Positions 28,448 to 42,604 of a DNA stretch of 64,000 bases are shown one piece after another. Below the pieces are notes generated by a model that was not told where the DNA came from, did no database searches, and was given only the letters and a program-made list of their open reading frames with translations. A program made the translations under genes and the position numbers. Source of the DNA: Chrysomallon squamiferum (taxonomy: Eukaryota > Animalia > Mollusca). The stretch covers positions 4,898,001-4,962,000 of the forward strand of contig CM022678.1 in assembly GCA_012295275.1 (NCBI GenBank), read 5' to 3'. Each line of letters opens with the position of its first letter. Position 1 is the first letter of the stretch.

Positions 28448-30949
28448 TTTCCAGATGAAGATTACAGAAAATGACATACTGTGCTACTTGCCAGAAACCC
28501 AGGCTCACTACAGACCTTGGCGTTTCAATCAAATTGAAGATAACAAACTGGGTGAACTTTTTGTACAGTAACATTTTTTGAAAACATGTACATATATTCA
28601 GTCAGACTGTTTTATTTGTTTTCCTACATTTACGTGAGTAAATCTGTAAACAGTCTCTGTGTGTGTGTCTGTGTGTGCATCTGGATCAGTCAGAAAACCA
28701 TTCAGAGAACTAACCTCATCACGGTATGATTGATCTCTCTTTAGCCTCGAAGCACATAAACTAACTAACTAACTCACTAACTAACTAACTACCTAAATAA
28801 ATGATTAAATAAATAAATACATTTCTCTGTTTAAAGGGTTTTATTTTCCTTGCCCTTTTCGTTTGTTACTAATAATCGATAAAGACCCATTTCACCTTTA
28901 TTTTTGGCCATTCCTTTTCTGTTCTTATTTCTGTCCCTGTTCCTCCATTTGACTCCCAGACCAATTATTGACCCTCAGACATTTGTAAAATACTGGATCT
29001 GCATGTAGATCCTTGCTAGATGTCTTCAGATTTCGTTAAGTTTGAACACTGTGGAATGAGGTAAAATCGTCTTGTAGTCAGTGTTCGAAAGAGAATTTTG
29101 ACTTTCCTCAATGCATGTGTGTTTTCTTAAACTTATATCTTACGAGATTAAATTGTTGTGAATCCTTGTCTTTTTGTCCCTTGGGAAAAATCCTAATTAT
29201 ACACTCACTGCAAATGAACAGCATTTGTTTCAAATTAAAATTTTTTTTTTTTTTTTTTTAGGGATAAACATTTTTTAATCTGTTACCAGCAAAAGTTTTC
29301 AAGTTGTTTTGTTTTTGTTTGTTTATTTATTTATTTATTTTTTTTTTTTAGATCAAGATTTGGATGCTTCATTATTTAGAAAAAAATCTAAAACTAGAAG
29401 TCAAGTGTATTCAGGAAAAGCCAAGTTTGTACAGGTGAGTCTGCAGTAGAATTAATTAATATTGTATAATCTGTTTTTATTTATTAATACTGTATAATAT
29501 GTTTAATTTATTAGTACTGTATAATCTGTTTTTTCTTTATTAATACTGTATAATATGTTTAATTTATTAGTACTGTATAATCTGCTTTAATTTATTAATA
29601 TTGTATAATATGTTTTATTTATTAGTATTGTATAATTTGTTTTAATTTATAAGTATTGTATAATTTTTTAATTTATTGATATTGTATAATCTGTTTTAAT
29701 TTTAAAATTTTGTTTTAGTATTTTATCAATATTTTGTAATGAGTTAATTTGTTGTGAAATGTATCTATTTTATGTTTTCAGAAATGAAGTCACTCTTTGA
29801 TAACTGTATTTATGTACTAATGGACAATATTGACAGTGAGTATTATATTGGTTTCTATGATGAAAAAAGAACTATTCATAGGGTTCTTTAAGAAATCACC
29901 CATTTTTTAGAGAGTATAAATAATGCATACAATAATACAGTGCACACACACACACATATATATTTACAAACATGTACTAATATATATATATATATATATG
30001 TACTGCCTAAATATATATTATATCTACATCTAGTATCTGTCTATCTATTTATGCATCTAATTTATCAATATCATAACATACATATGTATATCTATCCATA
30101 CTTCAGCAATATTTTAAAGAAATATTGTAATAATTATTTATTATTTTTATTGTTCTTGTTGTTGTTAATGGTAATGCTATTGTTGTTATCACTGTTCTTC
30201 TTCTTATTTTTTATTTCCTGATGTTATTATTATTGCTATTATTATTATTAATTTATTGTTGTTATTATTATTATTATTATTGTTATTGTTGTTATTATTA
30301 TTGTTATTATTATTGTTATTATTATTGTAATTGTTATTATAGTTATTGTTGTTATTATTGTTATTGTTATTGTTATTATTATTATTGTTATTATTATTGT
30401 TATTTTTATTATTGTTATTTTTATTATTGTTATTGTTATCGTTCTTCTTACAGGCATTGAATCAGTTGGAGGAATACCGTTTGACATTTTGAAACCAGTT
30501 TTAGAGAGAGCGACACCAGTACAGCTCTTTTCACTGGAGGACAACAATCCAGTGAGTTTAATTCACCAAATTAACATTCTGCTGATATTTTGCAGTAAAA
30601 GAGCATCAAATAATGTTCAGAGAAGATCAACAAGAGCAATCCCATTATCCAAAATGTGAAATGTTTTAGCTGATGTTGAGTTTAACTCAACTGAAGATAT
30701 CTTTTTTATTTATTTATTTATTTACTTTGTTTTACTATTTTATTATTATTATTTTTTTTTAATTTAGATTTTTAATTGGTCAGTAAATCTTTACAGATGA
30801 TAATATTTATTATGCAGGTTGAAATTCCTTTATCCAAAATGCTTGGGATTGGACATATAAGAATATAACCTGAAATAGGATCTAAAGTCTAAATATTATT
30901 CCATTTATGTTTCATATATAGCTTATACAAACGGTCTGCAATATATGTA

Positions 30950-31026
<77 letters not shown>

Positions 31027-32109
31027 TTTTTTTAATAATATTTTTTTATAATTTTGTGCACAAAGTAAAGTTTGTGTATGCAAAACAATACAAAACTGTA
31101 AAGAAATTAGTATTTTTGCTGCTCAGAAAAAGATTTTGGAATTATGGATATGGGGTTCTTAACCATAATAAAAATATTTTTTTTTTTAAAAACTGGTATA
31201 AAAACTTCTTCCACTGATTTTTACTGTTATAGAGAAATATAAATAAAAACATAAAAATATAAAAACATGGAAACAACAATAAGAATAGCAACAAAAGAAA
31301 TATCCACTTATATTTGATATGTAATGCTCTTATATTATTTCTTTTTTTTCTTCAGTTTTTACAATATATATATATATATATTTTTTTAAAATTATATTTC
31401 ACATTTTTTCTGTTTATTTAATATTTTTCATTAATATAGTTGTTTTTCTCTCATTTATTAGCTTTCAATTTTTTGATAATATATATATATCAAACAATAG
31501 TTATTAGTAATAACGTTTTTAATTTGTAAACATAACTATCATTGATTTTATTAACATTTTATATTATGTTTTAATTAATTAAGAGACATTTATTTTTTTT
31601 CAATATATTAATATTTTGTATTATGTTTTAAATAATTAAGAGACATTTATTTTTTTTCAATATATTAATATTTTGTCTTATCCCATTTTACTTTAAATAT
31701 TGTTTTATTTTTAAAAATTTTAAAAACATTTTTTTATAGCATTTTCTTGAGGACACTGACTATCTCTGGCAGCAGCATTGTAAGCGAGATTTCAGACTTG
31801 ATCAGCCTGATGAACTTGAATCATGGAGAGAACTCTACTTAGTAATATTTTAATTCTTTGTTTTAATAATAATTATCTTAGTAGTGGTAGTAGTAGTAGT
31901 AGTAGTAGTTGTGGTGGTTGTGGTGGTGCTGCAGTAGTAGTAGTTCTAGTAGCAGCAGTAATAATAATAATTGTAATGACAACATTGACAAATTACAATA
32001 ATGATAATGATAATTTACGTTGATAATTTTAACAACAGTAATGGTAATAATTACACTAAAAGTTGAAATAATAATAATAATTATAACAATAGTAATAATG
32101 ATGATGATG

Positions 32110-32158
<49 letters not shown>

Positions 32159-32332
32159 TAGTAACTGCAACAGTAACAGAAATTAATTTATCCTTTTTAT
32201 TTTTTTTATTTTTCAGAGAAAATTTGATGAACGAGAAGCCAAATTTGAAAGACTGAAGGGAAAAATGGCTGCCACAGTTAGCAAGCAAAACAGCGAAAGT
32301 AAAATAAAAATAAATTTAATAGATTGTTTGTA

Positions 32333-32418
<86 letters not shown>

Positions 32419-33093
32419 AATAAACGAAAGTATAGATGGTTGGATAACAAATACAGAGACACATAAATATATACATAGATGAATAAGCGATACATATAGA
32501 GAGATAAGGATGGATGGATGGATAGATTGATACATACACAGACAGACAGATAGATAAATGATTAATAGATAGAAGTTAATGTTGAGTAATTTATTTCCTC
32601 AGCTAAAAAGGTACAGCTTGCCTACGTGGACACTGTAGCAAAACCTCCTCGCGAGGTTCTTCGGCAGCAGAGGATGTTTGGGACTGCCACAGTGTCAAGA
32701 TACCGGAAGACAGACAGCGGTGTAACGCCATGGTCACACTCAAAACTACCTCCCAGAAATTCTAACACACCTGAAAGGCCACAGAAAGGTATGGATTCTG
32801 AGTTGTAAGATTTGATATGATTAAAAAAAAAAAAAAAAAAAAAAATTTTATTAAATTTTTTTTAAATGTATTTTTGAGATATATTTATTTATTTTATATA
32901 TCGTTGTACTTTTTATTTATGTATATATATTATTATTTCATTATATTTTTTAGTTAATTTAATTTTAATTTAGTTAATTTTATTTTATTTTATTTTGGGG
33001 ATTAATTTAGGGTTTTCCTCATGATTTGTAGTTTTCTTGTAACATATCAAAATTTAAAGATTATTTAGCAGTTCAATCATCAAAGAGTAGCAT

Positions 33094-33146
<53 letters not shown>

Positions 33147-33587
33147 ATAGATAACCTATAAATAGATCTTTTACAACATGTTTGTTTTAGAATTCCTTTC
33201 ATTGGGTGATGTTACAGGCTGTAAAACCAAATTCTGGTGAATCTTTATCTTGTCAGTCATTTAAGAAACAAAAATTAATACATCCAGTATTGTCTCTTTT
33301 AATTTATTTTTATCTTAACCATTTGAAGAATATGAACTACATTTAACAAATTTAATCTTACAACTTGAATAAAATTATCAGTTTTTTGGTTTGTTTATTT
33401 ATTTTTTTGTATCAGTGCCATAAGAAAGGAAAAAAAAACAAACACCTGAAGATCTAAACCTCTAATCTTGTGCGATATATAGTTATGCTTTTTATAAATT
33501 ATGATTATATTTTAATTTCCAGTTACGAAAACAATTGCTCCTATGATGCAGAAGACAATGAAAATGATTCGAAAGATAAGAAGATGA
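23264..33587 (+). CDS. ELOA: Elongin A (transcription elongation factor B polypeptide 3); 11 exons
   Basis: Exons 23264-23332, 24418-24474 (LPITIGLLQ), 25596-27758 (ETGIGKVVNSFRK..LVSKWKSLV TFIIS-N domain plus a long Ser/Lys/His-rich region), 28455-28551, 29352-29434 (RSQVYSG), 29782-29835 (BC-box SLFDNCIYVL), 30454-30551 (VGGIPFDILKPVLERATP), 31740-31841 (LWQQHCKRDF..ESWRELY), 32217-32298, 32603-32788 (AKPPREVLRQQ), 33523-33587 (APMMQKTMKMIRKIRR-stop). Confidence 0.93.
29450..29700. repeat. Intronic minisatellite, about 29-bp unit
   Basis: About 8 copies of ttattaatactgtataatctgtttttaat-like units in ELOA intron 5. Confidence 0.8.
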
Positions 33588-34299
33588 AGATTTATTTTAT
33601 TTATTAGGAGTTAGGGAATTTGAGTCACATGTTATTTTTTAACTACCTAGTCCTTGTAAAAGATCGTGTATATTTTAATGTATTTATAATGTCTTGAGCT
33701 GAGAACAACTCATAGCATCAGACATCAGTTATTAGATAGGGTTTTGAGATGGAATGTCTTTTGGAGTTTATATTTATTATACAGATGTGTGTGTTGCAAA
33801 TATTTGTTTTCTAATTATGAAACATAATTCTTTCTTGAATTATTTAATTATGTGAAAAAAAAAAATTTAATTTTGGTGCCTTTCTATCATTCTATTTTTC
33901 TCAGTGAACTGTATTTTCATTATAGTTGTTAAATCATTGAAAGGAAATTGTGCATTTATTCAAATTTTAACTTATTGTCTTTTTATGAAATGCATTGCTT
34001 TTAGAATAATTATGTTTGAAAAGGGGAGAAATGATAAAAGGACTCAAATTCATAATTTGTTTACTTGGTGGTACTAACAATCATGTCATATTTAACTTTG
34101 AACTGTGAAGCTAAATTAATTTGTGAAAATATTCATATAAATTTTGTATCTACTATACTACTTAAACACACATTTTTATTACAACATTTTGTTAATAAAT
34201 AAAGCATTGAAAAGTCATGATCAACTAAATTTGGATTGTACACATAAAAATATTTGTCAGCTTTTTAAAAAACATTTTGTTACCATGTTAACAGACAAA

Positions 34300-34740
34300 T
34301 GTTTATAACATATTGTCCAGGACAATGTTTAGATAATGTACTTCTCATTTAAGCAAATATATAATTGATATTACAGTGTTTATAACATATTGTCCAGGAC
34401 AGTGTTTAGATATTGTCCAGGACAAGTGTATTAGATAATGTAACATTTTGTCCAGGACATTTAGATAATGTACTTCTCATTTAAGCAAATATATAATTGA
34501 TATTACAGTGTTTATAACATATTGTCCAGGACAGTGTTTAGATAATGTACTTCTCATTTAAGCAAATATATAATTGATATTACAGTGTTTATAACATATT
34601 GTCCAGGACAATGTTTAGATAATGTACTTCTCATTTAAGCAAATATATAATTGATATTACAGTGTTTATAACATATTGTCCAGGACAATGTTTAGATAAT
34701 GTACTTCTCATTTAAGCAAATATATAATTGATATTACACT
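34300..34740. repeat. 77-bp tandem repeat downstream of the ELOA stop (probable 3' UTR)
   Basis: About 5 near-identical copies of gtttataacatattgtccaggacaatgtttagataatgtacttctcatttaagcaaatatataattgatattacagt, plus partial internal copies. Confidence 0.9.
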
Positions 34741-36789
34741 TAATGCAATTAATAGTCAATATTAAACAGTTTTAAAACCAAAGTTTTCACATAGCGTAGC
34801 AACAACTAGAATCAGTAACATTTTTATAAATTTATTTTTTTTTTTTACTTGAGGTGCATCTTTGATGGAATGAAATAAAATATAGTTGGAATCTATTCTG
34901 CACACTTCAAGTTATTATTTATTTGGTTTTACTGTGCTGTTCAGTGTTAAATAATAATGACGTACAACAATAAAAAAAAAAAAGTATATATATATTGTAA
35001 AATTATTTTCTTGCAGTGTTGCCATGCATTTAATGATATCCTGTCTTCAGTGGTGAAGGGGTAATACAACTGCATTAAAATGTTTTACAACAAAATTATG
35101 TTATTGTTTTACTTTGCTATAAACAATGATAGGTCCAGAAGAACAATACAATATTAACTTTGATGCATAGATAACTTTATGTTACTGTTTATACATCCAA
35201 AGTAAACTATTAAGCTGATGATAATGAAATTGGTTGGAAATGTTTTCACGTGATCCTGTGATAGCTTGTCATGTAAGGTGTGCTTATGGAGGAAATAAAG
35301 TTGATAATGTAGTATTTATGAATCGTCTCCAGAGTGTGCATGCATATGTATGAGAATGATTTGTTTTAAAGACTATGATTTGTTTTTACCCAGTAAACCA
35401 ATCTGGATCATGACTAGTGGTAATTTATTGTAAATTACTTTTATTCCAGTTTTTGCTGTTAACTGTATATATATAAAGATCATACCAGATTAAATTGGTT
35501 ACATGCCTAGAGTGATTTGTGTTATTTGTTTAACTCTGAAGACTTTCTTCATTTTACAAAACCAATGAGTTTAGTATTGCCTGCAATTTTCTTTTTTTTT
35601 AATTTATCTTTTAATTTTTACTAATAGTTGCTGCTGTTATTATTATTACTACTACCACCGCCATTCCTACTGCTACTGTTACTAGTACTACTATTACTTT
35701 CAGCACAAACACTACTATTGCTACTACAACTTCTACCAATATTATTACATCCATCACTACTACAACTTCTACTACTATAATTATTACCGTTGCTAATAAT
35801 TTTGAAACAATCATTTCTTTTATGTCTCTTGTCTAAGGAATTTCTGTTGTAATTTGTAATCACTTATCTTCAAAAGATAATTAAATAATGTCTATGTTGT
35901 TTACTCGTTTTGTCAATTGTTAGAATTTAACATAAACGAGGATTAACTTTCAAAATTAGATCATGTAAAAATGTCAGCCGTCTGTTCTGTCTGCTGTCAG
36001 CTGGCTTTTCTACTGAATTATTCCATTTTACTTCAATGTTGAAACCACGATCTCATATTTGAATATTTGCAACAAATCAAACAAGATGGAAATTGGCATG
36101 AATATTGAGAAATAACTGAAGTTCTCTTGACTACTATTGACATTACATTAACAACATCCACAATAGTAGAAAAAAAACTAATAATACCCTCCCTCCCCCC
36201 CCAAAAAAACAACATACAAAATAAATGGCCCTACTTTGTTTATAACACTTTCAAGAATAATTTTAGACTACAAATTTCATTGATTAGCGCCCGTGTGTTA
36301 TTCTACTGTAATATCTGTAACAAAGATTAAGGTTTTGAGTATTCATTGGGTTGATCAAAAGTTTATCGTGTTCCTGCGATTTTGGACCATTTGTCATACG
36401 ATCAAACAAATTTGGAAACCCAGAAGATGTTTGTGTCTAATCCATATATTGTCAGCTGATACTCGATCGTGTATTTCTGGTAACAACAAACCATAACAAC
36501 ACAAAACCCAAAACATTAATGAACAAACAAACAAACAAAATAAATAAACAAATTATGCTAAAACTACAAAAGGATAGGATACTTGAATCTTTGCTGCCCG
36601 GAGTCGCAGACTCTTTCTCTAATTACTGAAAGCTGTCATCCATTAAAACAGAAGAAGAAACAAGAACCAAACAAAAAACAAACAAACAACATCTATACTA
36701 ATAATTTTGTAATGAAAAGACGATAACTTTGTAGGGTTGTTGAGTCATCGTTTTTTAATAAACTCAGGCATTTTTATCGATGTTTAGCA

Positions 36790-37200
36790 AAAATTGTTTG
36801 AAAACAATGAAACGGAAAAAACCTGGGAGGATCAGACATGAGTCGTAACTTTAGTGTCAATTAAAAAGCACGTATAATACTAATAATTACCTATACGAAA
36901 TGACGTCACTAAGAATGAACCTCGCATTGATGTTAATGTTTTATTTTATTTTGACAAAGGATGGGAACTCGCTGGATGGATCAGACACGAGTAGTAATTT
37001 TATTTTATCATGGAGCCGGAACGTGAGTGTCAACTAAAAAAGACGCTTAATACAAATGAATTACTTGTACGAAATGACGTCAGTCAAGATGAATCTCGAA
37101 TTCATTTAATATTTTACTTTATTATAGCAAAAATTGCAAAATGCTGGAAGGATGAGACACGCGCAGTAATTTTGTCTCGGAACAGTAACTTGAATGTTGT
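36790..37200. repeat. About 174-bp tandem unit with TGACGTCA core; related copies at 48400-48600, 51730-52100 and 61290-61570
   Basis: acgaaatgacgtcac-like core recurs with spacing 174 (36901/37075), 173 (51877/52050) and about 169 bp (61300/61469). Confidence 0.8.
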
Positions 37201-38168
37201 ACGATAAAGTAATTAATTTAAAAAAGGGCTCTTTGGATATGTCTCTTATATGTTTTCGTTGAAGAGTAAATGTTGTTTTGAAATTAATGTCACAATACAA
37301 AATGATCAGTTATTGCTTCCTAAAAATATAATTATCTGCAGAGTTGAAAAAAAAAAAAAAAATAAAAATAAAAATAAAATAAAATTCTATAATGATAATA
37401 ATAACCCAAATAAAATAAAATAAAATAAAATAAAATAAATAAGCTAGATAAAGTTCCATATTTTGCGTCATATTTATCTCCTTTCTGATAAAATGTAAAA
37501 GAAAAATGCACGAGAGTGAAGACAAGCTGAATATTTGATTTTGTCTCTACAGACTGTATTAACGTCTTACAAAAAATAAAATATATATCTATATATTATT
37601 TATACATGCATGCACCTCTGTCTCTATATGTGACTGCATGTATGTATGTGTGTATGTCTCTATGTATGTATATATGTATGCTTTAATTCTTATAATCCAT
37701 AATTTGGATACGAAATTGGGGAACAGAACCATATTTTTCATTAATGTGATGTCGGAAGTATCCGAAATCAGTTGAAGGATGCTTGACACTGAAAACCTTG
37801 TGCTCTTCTATGTATATATATGATGTTTTGTTTTGTTTTCTTTCTTTATTTGCTTACTTTTTTTTACTAAAAGATATAGCAAAGTCATGAAAATTAAGAC
37901 GTGAAAACGTTAATTTTCATCTGTCTTTATGAAATTGTCCATACGTTTTCCATCATTGTAAATTAAAAGACGATTTTCTTTATTAATCAGTTTGAGATAT
38001 CAATTTAAATGATTAAATTTTATCAGAAACCATTCCGATTTGCAAGTAAAAGAAAAAGGGAAGATCTTCAAGAGTAAACTTCTATTTTCGGAATCAGAAA
38101 ACTATATATACATTACCTTCAGCAGTAACACTGAAACAGAAATATTCAAAAGGCAGAACATGTAACGT

Positions 38169-38210
<42 letters not shown>

Positions 38211-38211
38211 T

Positions 38212-38242
<31 letters not shown>

Positions 38243-38365
38243 AAGAAGAAGAAGAAGAAAAAGGAAAAGGAGAACAACAACAACATCAACAAAATCAACA
38301 ATAACAACAACAACTTTAGTTTGCTTTATTGTTCTATGTGTGTATGTGTGAGTTAAGTTCAAAAG

Positions 38366-40693
38366 TTAATAGTTGACAAACCATTTGATGGCATGTTTAA
38401 CAGAAAAGTGACCGTCGTTTCTGCTTACTCCTATACCTCTCTGAGAGACGTCGACATCACCTTGTGTAGTGACGATCATGTATTTCCAGAAGGCATCTTC
38501 CTTTATTTTGAACTCCTTTGATCCCACTTCTTCAGTACTGACACTCTGAAGTAACTCGGCAGAAACTTCTCCAGAAGGACCTAATTCCAGGTTACTAGTC
38601 TTAAAGACTGTCCACTCCTCTTTCTTACAATCATATGAGCTGTCTTGTTTTTCACCTGATCCGCCATGTCTGTGCCACAGCCACCCACCATGTCCGCCCA
38701 TTTCCCACCAGTCATCCTGTCTTTTCCTCAGTGTGTTTGAAGCTGGTTTGCTGGAATCAATCTGAAGAGCCACGCGTACCTCAGCACCATTTTCAACAGC
38801 GGTTCTCAACTCGGATTTCGATCCAGATACTACATCGCCGTTTTTGTTTGTTGACAAAACGTTTTTCCATGGTTTTGTGTCAACAAACCATTTAATGGTT
38901 TTCTTTTCCGTTTCTTCACCAACAGAAGTACCGTTAAATAACCAGTATTTAAGTGTCGCCACTGTTCCCGTCGTATGCGCCATCTGCCAGAACCAAAATC
39001 CTCTCAATGTGCCATCGACTTCTTCACCATAGAGACGATTCAAAAGCTGAGCAGATATCTGTCCCGATTTTGTCCTCACGTTGTCTGCCTCAATCGAGAA
39101 GTTTCCCATAATTACCTTCACCCTGTGTCCAAGTTTAATGACAGAAATCAGTTCAGAAAGAGATCCGTCTACTCCATCACCATTTTCATCATTCGTAAAC
39201 ACGTGTTTCCAGCAGGAGTCGGCGAACCATCTCCCATTCTGATCCAGATCGAATCGAGAAATGTACGTTTTTCCGGGATAATAAGAGTACTTCTGGGCTT
39301 TTCCGTTTGACAGTACGTCCATAAATTCCCAGCCAGGATACTGACCGATCATTACGTCCCAGACAAATTGTCCGACCACGATCTCATCTTCGTTAACTTT
39401 TACATTTCGAAATGGTTCCGTGAAGAATTTGGCCCACGTTTCTTTAACGTCATGTCCAGATACGACTGATGAGATTAGCTCATCTAATGAGCCATTAGTT
39501 ACTACCCCATGTTTATCGTGCTCAAGTACCATCGAAACGCACGATGACTTCTTAACAAACCACTGGATTCCCGCTGTATAATAACCGCGGCCTACTTCCG
39601 TGAAGTTGTTCACGTTGTACTTTATTTCCCATATACCTCCGTTTGAGGTCCATTTTAAGAGGCGGTGATACGGTTCTTCTTCAAAAGTTTTCCAGCTGGA
39701 CTTACTTACGTATGACGTTGAAAGAAAAAAGGTTAGACTAGGTAAAGAATACATCATGTCAGTGTCACCAAGGAGGCCTTCTTCTCCTAATGATGGAATT
39801 AGATATCTGATAGGTTCTGCCCGTTTAACAACAGCCAAAAGTTCGTCGTAGCTGCCAGAAACGGCTTCTCCTTGATCGTCGACTTCATAAACCTTACGCC
39901 ATCGACTGTCGCAGAAATCTGGAAGGTGAAAATTCATGAGCTAACATAATAAAATAGGCGAAATTTAACGTACGGCAAAACAGCTTCAGATAAATCGAAT
40001 CTTGGGCCAACAAATAATATAATAGAATTTTTTTATACTTAGAATTTATTATATTATTATTTTGTGGACTCTGTCTTCGCTAGTGACAAAGTAGGACAGT
40101 AAAACAATTATATTACAAACTAAGTGAATGCCGTATTTTTTGTCTTCATAATTTTAAGAATAAAAGCTGTATTTTTATTATTATTATTATTTTCTTTTAA
40201 TTAAATAATTAATTAATTGTTTTTTTCCTGACGGTAGAACATCCATAGCTAATTCTTCGGATCATCAAAGGTAGTTTAGTGGTTTACGAACTATGTGTAT
40301 CGTTCAGTTTTTCATCAACATCAACGCTTTTTATGTCAGCAGAAAACGCCATTAGCTATAACTGTTGCACATTTAGATATATGACACTATGTAACATTAC
40401 CGTTTAAATGTAGGAAATATAATAATCAAAATGTAAAGAAATCCTTTTTACGTTTATACTTTTTCATTTTTTTCTTTCAAAGGATCACCGTATGATTGAA
40501 ACAGGAGACTAATCTGTAGGATAGTTTTATATATGTCAGTTAAACAATACGAAAATAAAAGTATCGTAAATATTAAAGTGAGAAAGTAAAATATAAAGAT
40601 ATTCTTACCACATTGCTCTGCAATTGCTGTCGTGGTTGTGAGTATAAGCAGGAGAAGTTTTGCTAAGTGTGGTAGACTTGAATTAGGCTTCAT
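38366..40693 (-). CDS. Uncharacterised secreted four-repeat protein, paralog A (about 545 aa)
   Basis: Signal-peptide exon 40693-40609 (MKPNSSLPHLAKLLLLILTTTTAIAEQC, phase-1 GTAAG donor) splices in frame to the main exon 39918-38366 (polypyrimidine-CAG acceptor). Four repeats of W-x-x-V-x-x-x-D/N-x-x-G-x4-GS-x-x-(E)L...WF(V/A). Confidence 0.88.
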
Positions 40694-40792
40694 AATGAAC
40701 TCAGTCTAAAATAGATTACTATTACTATAATAATAATAATAACAATAATAATAATAATAATAACAATAACAATAATAATAATAATAATAATA

Positions 40793-40826
<34 letters not shown>

Positions 40827-41319
40827 TATTATTAAATTTAAAAAAAGTGGAAAAAAAAGAATACAAGCAAGAATTCAAATATAATATAAATTAAAATAAT
40901 GTAATATACAAAGGTAATACCCATGCACGAGTGTAATACTATGTTATATATGTTTTTAATATTATTTCTTTCATCTATCTGTCTATCTATTTATCTATCT
41001 ATCTATACATATTATTTATTTATGTTTTGTGTTTTATTTTATTTATTGTATAAGAAGTCATAAGTAATCTTAACAATAATAAAACAAAAATATATATACG
41101 TGGAGTTGTAAAATATTACATTTAAATACAGGCTTTTCGTGCTTTCAGCGTTATTTGACAGTGCTGCCTGATTAATTGATAAAAATTCTATGTGTTATTT
41201 GAAATCATAGTTTTATGATAGGGACTATAATTTAAATGAACAGTCACATTAAAGTGAAACACACACACACGCAAGCACGGACAGACATATTTTTAACTGT
41301 CTATATGTATCTATGTATT

Positions 41320-41665
41320 GATGGCGGTAACTACACTGAGACAAAATGAGGCAGATGCCTCATGCCGAGATTGACGATTTTATATTTATTTATTTTATTC
41401 TGTATTCGAACATTTTATTTAAAAAAAAATATATATATATATTTATATAAATCTGTATTGAATTAATACCGTTTATGTTTACGGTTACCATCTGAAGTCT
41501 ACCGACATCGTTGCATGAAAGACATTATTGACATCGGACAAGACATCGAACACCTGATGCAATGTATGTGGTAATTTGACCACTCATTTAATTGTTTTTG
41601 CCCCGCTCCGCTCGGCGATTAAATATTTTTTGCCTTATTTCAAAAACAGTCTAGTTACGGCCATG
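41320..41665. mobile_element. Putative MITE in intron 1 of paralog A
   Basis: Imperfect terminal inverted repeats gatggcggtaacta ... tagttacggccatg (12/14 match). Absent from the 280-bp equivalent intron of paralog B. No clear TSD. Confidence 0.5.
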
Positions 41666-42295
41666 GCATTTTCATCGATGTGTCTTAATAATAATAATAA
41701 CAATATAAGTAATAAAATATCACATATATAGCAAATAGATGCATACAATTTGGTATTCATTATTGAAAATTAAATTTTTCTTTTTTTTCAGCTTTTTTAT
41801 TGTCTATTTCCAAAAAAACCCCAACAACAAACAAAGAAACAAAAAAAAAAAGGTTTTCCTACAGCTATTTCTTTGCAGTTTTACAAAGCTGTTATAATTT
41901 TCATACAGTAATATGGACACACAGACAATAATTAAAATCTTTTTTTCTGGTTATATTTGTGATAACTTCGAGGCATTTTGACGATTTGAAAAAGGCCATC
42001 AAACATTTTAATAACCAAAATGCTAACTGCATCTTTTCGTCATGTTGGTATTCAAATAACATTAAAGTAATTAAGTAAAATAAATGAAAGGTTATTAATC
42101 TGTCTTACTATTTCTTTATCTATAATCAGAAGGAAATCTTCACAAAAAAAAAAAAAAAAAAAAAAAAAAAACATAAAAAAAATGAAAGAAAGAAAAAAAG
42201 AAAGAAGAAAGAAATGAAGAAAGGAACCAGCAAGAAAAGTTTCAATAAATACTTTGAGTTCTGAGCAATGTTGAAGATATATGAATTGGACTTAC

Positions 42296-42365
42296 CCGTG
42301 ACTAGCTCACTATCTCTGCAATTCTCTTCAAATGTGAAAAGTTCACTGACTGCCTTAAACTTATA
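42296..42365 (-). promoter_or_regulatory. Putative TATA box and short non-coding exon 1 of paralog A
   Basis: TATAAG at 42365-42360 and a GTAAGT donor from 42295. The block is conserved with 55816-55885 upstream of paralog B, and there is a matching acceptor before 40705. Confidence 0.6.
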
Positions 42366-42568
42366 CAAAAATTTAAATCAGCTGATACTTTGTTTTTGTG
42401 TTCAATCACAGCTTGTAGTCGCAAGATTTCGCTTCAGTCAATTGATTTTAGGTTTGAAAAACAAAGTTGTTTACAAAATACAATAACAGAATTTTTTTTT
42501 GTTTTGTCCCAGCTATTTTAATATAATATTTTATTTATTTATTTATTATCTGGAACAATCGTGCTTAT

Positions 42569-42604
<36 letters not shown>

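Noticed and set aside
34300-34740. CRISPR-like appearance of the 77-bp and exon-6 repeats
   Set aside because: Eukaryotic context, no unique spacers and no cas genes. They are simple tandem repeats.
38366-39918. Bacterial contamination suggested by the 1.5-kb intronless ORFs
   Set aside because: The genes have spliceosomal introns, TATA-like promoters and host microsatellite flanks. An ancient horizontal origin of the domain cannot be judged without a search.
39919-39937. ORF-track start MNFHLP for paralogs A and B (also 55118-55136)
   Set aside because: This is the polypyrimidine tract and CAG acceptor. The upstream signal-peptide exon splices in frame.
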